Below the pieces are notes generated by a model. The model was not told the DNA's origin, did not search any database, and saw nothing but the letters and a program-made list of their open reading frames with translations. Shown here piece after piece: positions 27,988-36,630 of a stretch of 64,000 nt of DNA. The stretch is from Bacteroidales bacterium (GTDB taxonomy: Bacteria > Bacteroidota > Bacteroidia > Bacteroidales > UBA932), in assembly GCA_041654355.1 (NCBI GenBank), contig JBAZDQ010000007.1:3258-67257 (forward strand). Direction: 5' to 3'. Position 1 is the stretch's first letter, and each line of letters starts with the position of its first letter. The translations under genes and the position numbers were made by a program.

Positions 27988-28434
27988 ATGAGGACTCTAC
28001 ACTTTTTTATTTTCACATTAGTTATTTTATTAAGTTTTCCTGTTTCAACGATTGCACAGGATCATAGTGTAATAGTTGAAATGAACCAAACGGGTCCGAC
28101 TACACCCAAACCCAGAAGTATAACCCGCTTTTCCACATCAGCCGATAATAGTACAGCCGTTCGTTGTGCAGATGCACCGGCTGTCTGGATAGATCTGGAA
28201 GAAAAAGAAATGTGCGTACGCTATTTAAATCCGGATGTAAGATGTCAGCTGATAGTGATCAATGATAACGAATCGTTCCAGATCACAGAAGCAGTCAGTA
28301 CAGACGGTGTAGTAAATGTGTGCCGGTTAACCGATATGGAAAAACCCGGCCTCTATACGGTTATTGTGCAAACTCCCGACAACTCTTACCAGGGGTGTTT
28401 CACGTATAAAAAGCCGACTGAGGATACGCTTTAA
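27988..28434 (+). CDS. Small secreted beta-rich protein (148 aa, 5 Cys), DUF3244-like pattern
   Basis: Signal peptide MRTLHFFIFTLVILLSFPVSTIAQ. C-terminal pattern LIVINDNES...GLYTVIVQTPDNSYQGCF resembles the DUF3244 beta-sandwich family. Recognised by eye only. Confidence 0.45.
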   Translation: MRTLHFFIFTLVILLSFPVSTIAQDHSVIVEMNQTGPTTPKPRSITRFSTSADNSTAVRCADAPAVWIDLEEKEMCVRYLNPDVRCQLIVINDNESFQITEAVSTDGVVNVCRLTDMEKPGLYTVIVQTPDNSYQGCFTYKKPTEDTL

Positions 28435-28513
28435 TCCATCTCAGTTTCTTTACTAATTTTTATTCCGGCATATTTTTATTCCGAACAGCTATAACTATGC
28501 ATCAACCCTTCCA

Positions 28514-29719
28514 ATGAAACATGTTCCCGATACATACTGGTTCTCTCTGAAACCCTACGTATATCCCGTTGTTAAGGATGCCAATGTATTGTTACTCAAT
28601 ACAAGGGATATGAATGCGATTATTTCCAACAGCGATCCGGTCGTAGCCCGGCTTATCAATGAACTGCTTGTTCCTGCCGCTTTCGGAGTAGTGGAACTTT
28701 CGGAGGAGTCTGAAAATTACATAAAAGGGAAAGCTTTTATTGAAAAAGTATGTGACCATAAGATGGGAACAATGATGCGGGCAGACAAGGGGATGGAAAG
28801 GCCGGTTGTACTGACGCCATATCATTTCCGGATGCATTCGGTCACAAAAGGAGAAATCCGAAAATCCGGAAACAACATTACCCTTTTTATTGACAACGAA
28901 TGTTCCCGGGACTGTACTTTGTGTCCGGTGTATTTCCGGCAATTTAAGTGTTGCCATAAACAGGGGGATACAAGCTTCATGGACACCCGGTTGGTACGCG
29001 ACATCCTGGAAGATGTTTCAAAATACGATTCCTTTATCATCAATGTATGCGGGGGCGACATAACACTCCATCCGGATATTGAAGATATTGTTACCATGCT
29101 GAATACATCTCCTGTGAAATCCCGTTATCACATTTATTACAAAAACTGTGACAGCGATACCGGAAAAATACTGGACCCCAAAGATACCGTTGTGATTGTT
29201 GACTTTCCTATGGACAGAAAAATGCATATTGATCCACGGGACGGCTATACTTTTAATTTTGTCATTAAAAACAGAGAAGAACTGGATGAATGTCACCAGT
29301 TGGTAAAGAAGTTAAGTATTGAGTCTTTTTACATATCGGTAGTGGATACCGGCGATGACAAAGGTTTTTTTAAAGAAAACGTGTTTCTGTTACAGGATGG
29401 ACTTGCCTGCGGAGCGGCGGCCATCCCGTATGAAGAACGTATACGGATAGTGAATAACCATTATTTCTACCGTACTTTTATCCTGCCTAACGGTGATGTT
29501 TGCGGATCTCCGGACGATGCACCGGTAGCCAATATGTACCGGAATCCTATGACTTATGTTAAGGAATCCATCAATGATTATCATGCTTCATTATGGGATA
29601 AATCAAGGGACAAAGGTGTTTGTTCTAATTGTATTTTTCATTATATTTGTCCACTACTGTCCCGTTACGATTTCCCGGAGCCTTTTTTTGAATTAAAAAT
29701 CGAAAACCATGGTACGTAG
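28514..29719 (+). CDS. Radical SAM enzyme with N-terminal ~110-aa extension and C-terminal SPASM/twitch-like Cys motif (putative peptide/protein-modifying maturase)
   Basis: CX3CX2C = CSRDCTLC (codons at 28901-28924). ILPNGDVCGSP and CSNCIFHYIC (CX2CX5C) lie near the C-terminus. No signal peptide. Confidence 0.7.
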   Translation: MKHVPDTYWFSLKPYVYPVVKDANVLLLNTRDMNAIISNSDPVVARLINELLVPAAFGVVELSEESENYIKGKAFIEKVCDHKMGTMMRADKGMERPVVLTPYHFRMHSVTKGEIRKSGNNITLFIDNECSRDCTLCPVYFRQFKCCHKQGDTSFMDTRLVRDILEDVSKYDSFIINVCGGDITLHPDIEDIVTMLNTSPVKSRYHIYYKNCDSDTGKILDPKDTVVIVDFPMDRKMHIDPRDGYTFNFVIKNREELDECHQLVKKLSIESFYISVVDTGDDKGFFKENVFLLQDGLACGAAAIPYEERIRIVNNHYFYRTFILPNGDVCGSPDDAPVANMYRNPMTYVKESINDYHASLWDKSRDKGVCSNCIFHYICPLLSRYDFPEPFFELKIENHGT

Positions 29720-30104
29720 ATTCATAGTTGTTCTGTTTCTGTTTCTGTCCACAACAGTACTCTATGGTCAGAAGAAAGTAACCTGTACAGGTCATATTAC
29801 GGCTGAAATCATTGAAGGCGTTTCTGTGTCTCCCAGCATGGCAAGAGGTATTCTCCTGGACAACCTTTCAGAATATATGAATCTGGGTTCGGTTCGATTG
29901 GCTTCAGATAATGATATTGCCTGTAACATAATTCTGATTTCAGGAGATTTGGAAAACTCCGGAGGTGTTATTGCATCTTATGATATTCCGAATGACCATG
30001 ATACAGAAAAAATTCTGAGATTTTCAGCAAGTGCTAAAAATCTCAGAGAACAGAAAAACGGTATATATAAAGGATCTTACTCGGTTATGCTGATGTATGA
30101 ATGA
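29709..30104 (+). CDS. Small secreted protein (131 aa), DUF4402-like pattern
   Basis: Signal peptide MVRRFIVVLFLFLSTTVLYGQ. The C-terminal GIYKGSYSVMLMYE resembles DUF4402/SCPU-type endings. It overlaps the rSAM gene by 11 nt. Confidence 0.4.
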   Translation: MVRRFIVVLFLFLSTTVLYGQKKVTCTGHITAEIIEGVSVSPSMARGILLDNLSEYMNLGSVRLASDNDIACNIILISGDLENSGGVIASYDIPNDHDTEKILRFSASAKNLREQKNGIYKGSYSVMLMYE

Positions 30105-30112
30105 TCCGGTGA

Positions 30113-30583
30113 TCAATTCACGTTTTTCATCAATCCTTTCAGATCTTCCTGAGTCATTTCCCCTATAAGGCATATGATATTCAATTCATTGTCTTCCCGT
30201 GCGCAAATGTAAATGTCAGTGATAAGCGTATCCTTTTTCTGTAAGTAGATAACCACTTTTTCAGTCGTTTCTTCCACCTCCATTAAAGTTTCAAACTGTC
30301 CGTTCTTGATCAGATCATTGAAATCTTTTTCCATTTCACTAATGTACTTCTGATTGTCTGTAGACAGAATATAGAGTCCTTTTAAATTATTGATAATGCC
30401 GGATATATCCAAATCTTCGGAAACATTCAGTTGAGCATCTTCCCCAATCAGAGAGAACATGGAAGGGGAAATGTAGACTTTGGTCATACCTTCGTAAGCA
30501 GCATATTTCGTATAAAATTTGCTTTGACCAAAAACCGGGACTACAAATAATGCAGTCAGGATGATAAGTAATGTCTTTTTCAT
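30113..30583 (-). CDS. DUF4252-like secreted protein
   Basis: Signal peptide, then YAAYEGMTKVYISPSMFSLIG...INNLKGLYILS. It is the last gene of the ECF sigma operon. Confidence 0.55.
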   Translation of the reverse strand: MKKTLLIILTALFVVPVFGQSKFYTKYAAYEGMTKVYISPSMFSLIGEDAQLNVSEDLDISGIINNLKGLYILSTDNQKYISEMEKDFNDLIKNGQFETLMEVEETTEKVVIYLQKKDTLITDIYICAREDNELNIICLIGEMTQEDLKGLMKNVN

Positions 30584-30954
30584 TTTTTATTGATTTCTAA
30601 ATATTTATTCAACTCTTCCACTTTATCAATGCCTTTATTCATCAGAGACGAAACGTATTGCAGTACTTTTTCGGTCTCGTCGTACGCCTCTTCCACGTTG
30701 GTGTAGGTGTCTGCCAATTGTACGGCGGGTTCCCTTACAGGGACAAAAACAGCCAGGGTTACTAGCAGTACGACTGAGGCAGCAACGGCAATGGTTTTCC
30801 ATATAGCATGACGGGGTTTCAGTGCGATCAGGACAGGTTCTTCCTGTGCGGCCAGCCGGTCTATAGTAGCTGAAATCTTTGCTTCCAGATCCTCAGGTAC
30901 TTCCACCTGTTCGTAATGTTGATCCATGATCTTTTTAATCTTCTTGATATCCAT
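30580..30954 (-). CDS. Putative membrane-anchored anti-sigma factor (single TM)
   Basis: Sits immediately downstream of, and overlapping, the ECF sigma gene. Has one TM helix (IAVAASVVLLVTLAVFV). No recognisable domain motif. Confidence 0.4.
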   Translation of the reverse strand: MDIKKIKKIMDQHYEQVEVPEDLEAKISATIDRLAAQEEPVLIALKPRHAIWKTIAVAASVVLLVTLAVFVPVREPAVQLADTYTNVEEAYDETEKVLQYVSSLMNKGIDKVEELNKYLEINKK

Positions 30955-31456
30955 GGCGGTTCATTTTTTCGTATTGCTGCCTTATATTTTTTTGGGCTCT
31001 TGTTAAATGTACCCTGATATTTACCGGATTTAAACCGGTTATTTGTTCAATTTCTTTCAGGGTAAATTCGCTAAAGTGTCTCAGTCTGAAAATTTCTCGT
31101 TGTCTTTCCGGGAGCCTGTCTACAAGGCTGATCACCATCTTAAGTTCATCTTTCTGATCCATTTGGCCTGCTGTGTCTACAAATTCTGACTTCAGAATCT
31201 CAGTTGCATCTTTTTGGGAAGTTCTTCTTGCCGGTGAGCGGAGCCTGTCCAGGCAAAGATTTCGGATCATTGTGGCAGCATAGGCCTGCGGGTTATCTAG
31301 TCCTGTTAGTTTTTCCCGGATATTCCAGAGTTTCACGTATACATCCTGTACGGTGTCTTCGGCTTCAGCCCGGTTGTTGAGCAATCTGTAGGCGGTTATG
31401 TACAGCTGCCTGTGACAGGGCAGGAAAGTATCCTTGAAAGACTGGGCATCAAACAT
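30935..31456 (-). CDS. ECF-type RNA polymerase sigma-70 factor
   Basis: Region 2: AEDTVQDVYVKLWN. Region 4 HTH: FRLRHFSEFTLKEIEQITGLNPVNIRVHLTRAQKNIR. Confidence 0.9.
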   Translation of the reverse strand: MFDAQSFKDTFLPCHRQLYITAYRLLNNRAEAEDTVQDVYVKLWNIREKLTGLDNPQAYAATMIRNLCLDRLRSPARRTSQKDATEILKSEFVDTAGQMDQKDELKMVISLVDRLPERQREIFRLRHFSEFTLKEIEQITGLNPVNIRVHLTRAQKNIRQQYEKMNRHGYQED

Positions 31457-31634
31457 TTTGATCTTCTGCGACTAATTCCAGGAACGTTTCGGATGATAAT
31501 TTCTCGTTGGCAAATTTAGTACTATTTGCCATACTGTAGTTTTTTGTAAAGGCCATTACCAAAAGGGCTATGGTTATTCCTACTACGACTATCACCGGAT
31601 AAATACCTCTTTTTATACAGTAAATTGTTTTCAT
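31449..31634 (-). CDS. Small single-TM protein (61 aa)
   Basis: Has the TM helix VIVVVGITIALLVMAF and overlapping junctions with both neighbours in the same operon. Confidence 0.35.
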   Translation of the reverse strand: MKTIYCIKRGIYPVIVVVGITIALLVMAFTKNYSMANSTKFANEKLSSETFLELVAEDQNV

Positions 31635-31635
31635 T

Positions 31636-32115
31636 TTAGTTAATAGTGTTATTTGTGTTCTGGGCTATAAGTTCTTCCATATGTACCAGATCTATTTTTC
31701 CGTTGATCTGAATAAGTGATGCATCATCACCGGTTATGATCACAACAAACCGTTCAATGATATCATCGCTGATTTGAGCCAGAATCCGTACATTTTCAGA
31801 TTCTTCAGTTACTTCGGCAAGCAGTTCCAGGTCGTTATCCCTGATTTTTTCAATTTGTTTGCCAAAGGCCTCTTTAATGTTCTGGTCGCAATGTTCCAGG
31901 GATAAAATAGATACGGAACGTATCCCGCTGATGAATTCAGATTCCTGATCGTCTGCACATACTTGTGCAATTCGCATCATCAACCCTCCTACGTGTATGT
32001 GTTCCGCTTTAGGCATAGAGGAAAATTGCAGGACAATATCTTTCAGTTGATCCTGAGCAAAAGACAGGGTCAGATTCCCGATCAGAAGAAGTACTGTAAA
32101 AAGTGTTTTTTTCAT
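31636..32115 (-). CDS. DUF4252-like secreted protein
   Basis: Signal peptide, then HIHVGGLMMRIAQ...IRSVSILSLE. It is the first gene of the ECF operon. Confidence 0.55.
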   Translation of the reverse strand: MKKTLFTVLLLIGNLTLSFAQDQLKDIVLQFSSMPKAEHIHVGGLMMRIAQVCADDQESEFISGIRSVSILSLEHCDQNIKEAFGKQIEKIRDNDLELLAEVTEESENVRILAQISDDIIERFVVIITGDDASLIQINGKIDLVHMEELIAQNTNNTIN

Positions 32116-32202
32116 GGTTGTTAATTATTAATAGTTTGTGTTTGCGGTTCTGTTATATTGACGTATTCCCCGAATAAATGTTACACCTCTCATTAGAATA
32201 TT

Positions 32203-32210
32203 TAACTTTG
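32203..32210 (+). promoter_or_regulatory. -7 promoter box TAACTTTG for purD
   Basis: Exact TAnnTTTG match ending only 4 nt before the purD ATG. Confidence 0.45.
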
Positions 32211-32214
32211 TGTT

Positions 32215-33519
32215 ATGAAAATTCTTGTTTTGGGTTCCGGCGGAAGGGAGCATGCGCTTGCCTGGAAATTGTGTCAGTCACCTTTGGTCAAAGAACTTTT
32301 TGTAGCTCCGGGTAATCCGGGAACTGCCGCTCTCACTTTAACAAACGGAAAGCATGTAGTTAATGTTGCATTATCGCCCACTAATTTTACAGCTGTACGT
32401 GCTGCCCTTTTACAATACCATATAGATATGCTTGTGGTGGGGCCTGAAGAACCCTTGGTAAAAGGGATAAAAGATTTTTGTCTGCAGGATCCGGATTTAG
32501 CGGCTATTTTGGTCGTGGGACCGGGTAGTGATGGCGCCCGGCTGGAAGGCAGTAAGGATTACGCAAAAGGCTTTATGTCTGCATACAACATCCCCACAGC
32601 CCGTTACCAAACCTTTGACAAAAATCATTACCGGGAAGCCTGTCATTTTTTAGAAACCTTGCGCCCTCCGTATGTGTTGAAAGCAGACGGGCTGGCAGCA
32701 GGAAAAGGCGTATTGATTGAAACGAAAATACAGAATGCCCGGGAACACCTGAAAGAGATCCTGGAAGGAAAATTTGGGACGGCCGGAAATAAAGTGGTCG
32801 TGGAAGAATTCCTGGAGGGTATTGAAGTGTCCGTTTTTGTAATCACCGACGGGATACATTATAAAATCCTTCCCGAGGCAAAGGACTACAAAAGGATAGG
32901 CGTACACGACAGCGGTCTGAACACGGGAGGAATGGGAGCCGTATCACCCGTACCTTTTGCCGATGAGGACTTTATGAAAAAAGTGGAAGAAAGGATCATC
33001 CGGCCCACTTTATCCGGATTACATAAAGAAGGTTGCGATTACCGCGGATTTATATTTTTTGGTCTGATGAATTGTGCAGGAAATCCTTACCTTATTGAAT
33101 ACAACGTCAGGATGGGTGATCCCGAGACGGAATCCGTAGTAATGCGTCTGGAGGGAGATCTGGCTGCTGCCTGTGCCGCATTGAAACAACGTTCCCTGGA
33201 TAAAACGGATCTTACCGTGTCAGCTCAGCATTGTGTAACTGTTGTGACAGTTTCCGGAGGATATCCGGGTTCTTATGAAAAAGGGTATGATATTGAAGGA
33301 TTGGACATTGTTAAGGATGCAATAGTCTTTCATATGGGGACGGCAGGGGAACAGAAGGTAAAAACTGCAGGAGGACGTGTGCTGGCCGTATCTGCGCTGG
33401 CGTCCACTCCGGAGCAGGCCAGGAAAAAAGCTTACGGGGAAATAACCCGTATCTGTTTCAAGAATATGTATTACCGTAAAGATATTGGAGAAGATCTTAT
33501 AAATATGCAAAAATCGTAA
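32215..33519 (+). CDS. purD: Phosphoribosylamine--glycine ligase
   Basis: MKILVLGSGGREHALAWKL, ATP-grasp motifs (VLKADGLAAGKGV, EEFLEG), and YNVRMGDPETE. Confidence 0.95.
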   Translation: MKILVLGSGGREHALAWKLCQSPLVKELFVAPGNPGTAALTLTNGKHVVNVALSPTNFTAVRAALLQYHIDMLVVGPEEPLVKGIKDFCLQDPDLAAILVVGPGSDGARLEGSKDYAKGFMSAYNIPTARYQTFDKNHYREACHFLETLRPPYVLKADGLAAGKGVLIETKIQNAREHLKEILEGKFGTAGNKVVVEEFLEGIEVSVFVITDGIHYKILPEAKDYKRIGVHDSGLNTGGMGAVSPVPFADEDFMKKVEERIIRPTLSGLHKEGCDYRGFIFFGLMNCAGNPYLIEYNVRMGDPETESVVMRLEGDLAAACAALKQRSLDKTDLTVSAQHCVTVVTVSGGYPGSYEKGYDIEGLDIVKDAIVFHMGTAGEQKVKTAGGRVLAVSALASTPEQARKKAYGEITRICFKNMYYRKDIGEDLINMQKS

Positions 33520-33520
33520 T

Positions 33521-34471
33521 ATGATCCAATACATTAAACGCAGTCTTACCGGCGCATTCCTGTTGTCCTTCTTATTAATGGCGGTATTTCGCGTGTTTTA
33601 TTGTGTAATCACAGAAAGTTCCTGCCTATGGTACCTGCATTTGTCCGAGTCTTTTATCCTATTGGCAACCGGGGTATTGCTTTCTTTCCTGAACGACCGC
33701 TTTGGGCTTCTGCCTGAACGAACGCAATGGATCATGGTTTGTTACGTCTGGCTGGTTTCCTGTTTCCCGCAAACGTATGAAAACCCACGCATGTTCGCAG
33801 CTGCTCTCCTTACGGCAGCTTCCGTATATGCATTGGTATATGCTGCCTTTATTTCCGGGACAAAGTCCGGTCCTTTCCTGTGTTCATTTTTTATTACCTG
33901 TGCCGGAATACTTTATACTCCCGTTTTCTTTCTTTTGATACCTATTATAATCAGTTTTATACGGATGGTAAAATTGTCCGGAAAAGACGCGGTAGCTTTT
34001 TTAGGCGGGATACTGGTACCGGTCTTTTTAGTTTCGTCCGTTTTGTGGTTTCTCCATAAAGATATAACGGAATACTGGATGCAAACCGTCATATTCTTCA
34101 GGGGGCCGGATCCTTCTGCAGCTTTTGCCTCTTTTACCATTACACGGATCGTACTGGTCTCCCTTTTATCGCTTTTGGTGATACTCTCCTTGTTCATCCG
34201 GCTGGTACATCGTGACACCACCACTACTGTGACTATATCTCGTTTTTACGGTTCTATGTTCTGGATCATTTTTTTCACGGTTTTAGTGATGGTGTTATAT
34301 CCGGGTTATGCTAAGGGATTGGTGTCCGTAGTGATGGTCCCGGCTTCACTTTTGATCACTTCTCTGTTTTCGGAAAGACGTCTTTTCGCTTCAAGGATAT
34401 GGCTGGCTTTATTACTTCTGGCCGGAGTGGCCCACTATATCTTTGTATTCTTTCCCATTGATATTATTTAA
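33521..34471 (+). CDS. Polytopic integral membrane protein, function unknown
   Basis: About 9 hydrophobic segments across 316 aa, with no catalytic motif recognised. Confidence 0.55.
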   Translation: MIQYIKRSLTGAFLLSFLLMAVFRVFYCVITESSCLWYLHLSESFILLATGVLLSFLNDRFGLLPERTQWIMVCYVWLVSCFPQTYENPRMFAAALLTAASVYALVYAAFISGTKSGPFLCSFFITCAGILYTPVFFLLIPIIISFIRMVKLSGKDAVAFLGGILVPVFLVSSVLWFLHKDITEYWMQTVIFFRGPDPSAAFASFTITRIVLVSLLSLLVILSLFIRLVHRDTTTTVTISRFYGSMFWIIFFTVLVMVLYPGYAKGLVSVVMVPASLLITSLFSERRLFASRIWLALLLLAGVAHYIFVFFPIDII

Positions 34472-35839
34472 CGGGATGCCCTTGTATTCTCCTGTAAGTG
34501 TGTTCAGAAAAGACACAATAGCCTGTACTTGCTTACGGGATAATTTTTTATCCCTTTGATAATAAGCCATTTTGACAACGGCTTCTTCCATCGTTTTGGC
34601 AGAAGCATTGTGAAAATACGGATAAGTGAGGGCAATGTTCCTCAATCCCGGAACTCTAAAACGATGCATATCAGAATTCAGAGATGTAACCGAGTAACGG
34701 CCCATATCTTCCAATGCTCTTTGCCTGGCGTCCGGGAAATAGTTGTTAGCAACTCCCATATATTCGAAGGACGTACCTCCCATCCCCGTTCCGTTATGGC
34801 AGTTTGCACAACCGTATTTTTTAAACAAACGATATCCTTCCTGCGCCTGCTGTTCTATGGCTTCTTCATCCCCTTTCAGGTACCTGTCAAAAGGTGAATT
34901 CGGAGTGATCAGGGTCTTGTGAAACTCGGCAAGGGCATGGTTAATGGTGGAGTCTGAATACCCTTCAGGGTAAGATGCCAGGAAACGCTCAGTCAACGTG
35001 GAATCTTCGGCAAAAATGTCAAAGATACGGTCCAGACTGTCGTTGCCCATTTTCACCGGATCAAGCAAGGCCTGGCAGGTTAGTTCTTGCAGTGAGGATG
35101 CGTTTCCGTTCCAGAAATAGAAAGAATGAAAAAACGCGTTGAAAACCGTCAGGGAATTGAAGGTCCCCGGTTGGTTGTATACACCCTCCGGAACTTCCAG
35201 GTTGTCAACACCACCGGTTTTCAGATTATGACAGGAGGCACAGCTAACCGTATTGTCTACCGAAAGACGTGAGTCGTGAAACAGCAATTCTCCCAATGCT
35301 GCCTTATCCGTATCAAACGGTGCAAGATCAGGAACGGGATTTACCGGTTCAAAGGGATAATCTTCAGAAGGTAACGGATGGGCATAATAGGTGGAGAACT
35401 GATCATATATCCAGTCCAGAAGTATTTCCTTTTTATCCCGGGTGATGTAAGATTTCCAGTGTATTACATAATAACTTAAAGGAGGCATGCTTCTTTGGGA
35501 AATAACTTTATGCAATTTTACTAAAGTAGTTTCATCATGAGGCATATCCCCGAAAATATATGCTATGGAATAGGAAGAATTGGCATACCGGATCCCTTTT
35601 TCGGCGTCTCTGCGAATAGCTGCTCCAAAAATTGGCCAGTTAATATGTTTGCAAAAATCGTGTGGACCTCCGTGACATATGAAACAGCCCCCCTGGTCAA
35701 CAATTACGTTGACCCGGTCAAAGAGGGTCATATCGTCGGGTGGTACCTGGTTGACAATGCGAGAGAAAAATATTCCGGTACCAATCACAATGATCACGGA
35801 GCCTGTGAATTTCCAGAGTATGTTCAGAAGCCGTTTCAT
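34412..35839 (-). CDS. Di-haem cytochrome c peroxidase (CCP/MauG family) with an extra N-terminal haem-binding (CXXCH) domain
   Basis: Three CXXCH motifs: CFICH (N-terminal domain), CASCH and CANCH. An N-terminal membrane anchor is present. Confidence 0.85.
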   Translation of the reverse strand: MKRLLNILWKFTGSVIIVIGTGIFFSRIVNQVPPDDMTLFDRVNVIVDQGGCFICHGGPHDFCKHINWPIFGAAIRRDAEKGIRYANSSYSIAYIFGDMPHDETTLVKLHKVISQRSMPPLSYYVIHWKSYITRDKKEILLDWIYDQFSTYYAHPLPSEDYPFEPVNPVPDLAPFDTDKAALGELLFHDSRLSVDNTVSCASCHNLKTGGVDNLEVPEGVYNQPGTFNSLTVFNAFFHSFYFWNGNASSLQELTCQALLDPVKMGNDSLDRIFDIFAEDSTLTERFLASYPEGYSDSTINHALAEFHKTLITPNSPFDRYLKGDEEAIEQQAQEGYRLFKKYGCANCHNGTGMGGTSFEYMGVANNYFPDARQRALEDMGRYSVTSLNSDMHRFRVPGLRNIALTYPYFHNASAKTMEEAVVKMAYYQRDKKLSRKQVQAIVSFLNTLTGEYKGIPLNNINGKEYKDIVGHSGQK

Positions 35840-36630
35840 TTTCGCTGAATATTGAGTGCGTAATTATGCATGCTTCCTCTTGCCGAGGGAAGGTATTGCA
35901 ATCCGTACCAGCATATCTGCAAAGCCAAAAAAGCAACGATTAAAGAAATATACAGGTATTTGTTGGATTTTGGCCGTATACTTTTCAGGTAAAAATAAAA
36001 CACATATAACAACCAGGTTACGGCCGCCCAGGTCTCTTTGGGATCCCAGCTCCAATAGTCTCCCCAGGCCTGTTTGGCCCACAGAGCTCCCAGCAACATG
36101 CCTACGGTAAAAAAGGAGAGCCCGGCACGACACAATTTGTCAATGGCCGGAAGTACATTCAATGACGGCCTTATCAAACCGGCCAGGGCCAGTAAAAAAG
36201 TACACGCCAGCAAAGCGTAGGAAAACATGTATACGGTAACATGAGGTATGAACCAGAAGCTTTGCAGGGCAGGCATTAAAACACGGTTATGGATCTCCGG
36301 ACGCAATAGATTGATTAAAAGAAAAACCAGTGCCATAACCGTTGTCAGGGAGAGAATCCATTTGTATCTCCATCGCATGTATGTGATCAACCCTGCCAGT
36401 GCCAGGAACAGGGAATACCATAACCGGGTTTCTCCCATGGTTACTAACGGAGGTCGCTTTAATGATACCCAGAAAGCGGCAATGTAAGCGCTGTATATGA
36501 TAATTCCTGCGGAATAAATAATCACGGTCCAAAAAAAAGCTTTTCCCCGGTTGAAAAATGATGAAATTGAACCGGTTATCCAGCAGAGGGAAGCTGCCAC
36601 AGTAAAATATATCAAATGATCCCACGTCAT
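35836..36630 (-). CDS. ccsA: Cytochrome c biogenesis protein CcsA (System II haem lyase subunit)
   Basis: WWD-type motif WAKQAWGDYWSWDPKETWA and multiple TM helices. The ATG at 36630 was chosen because it forms an ATGA overlap with the upstream gene; its stop overlaps the CCP start. Confidence 0.85.
   Translation of the reverse strand: MTWDHLIYFTVAASLCWITGSISSFFNRGKAFFWTVIIYSAGIIIYSAYIAAFWVSLKRPPLVTMGETRLWYSLFLALAGLITYMRWRYKWILSLTTVMALVFLLINLLRPEIHNRVLMPALQSFWFIPHVTVYMFSYALLACTFLLALAGLIRPSLNVLPAIDKLCRAGLSFFTVGMLLGALWAKQAWGDYWSWDPKETWAAVTWLLYVFYFYLKSIRPKSNKYLYISLIVAFLALQICWYGLQYLPSARGSMHNYALNIQRK

Noticed and set aside
26095-32115. Calling the AT-rich 26-32 kb stretch a mobile genomic island
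   Set aside because: tRNA-Leu sits at its left edge, but I found no integrase, transposase, direct repeat of the tRNA 3' end or conjugation genes. The composition shift is judged by eye only. It is left as 'accessory-looking'.
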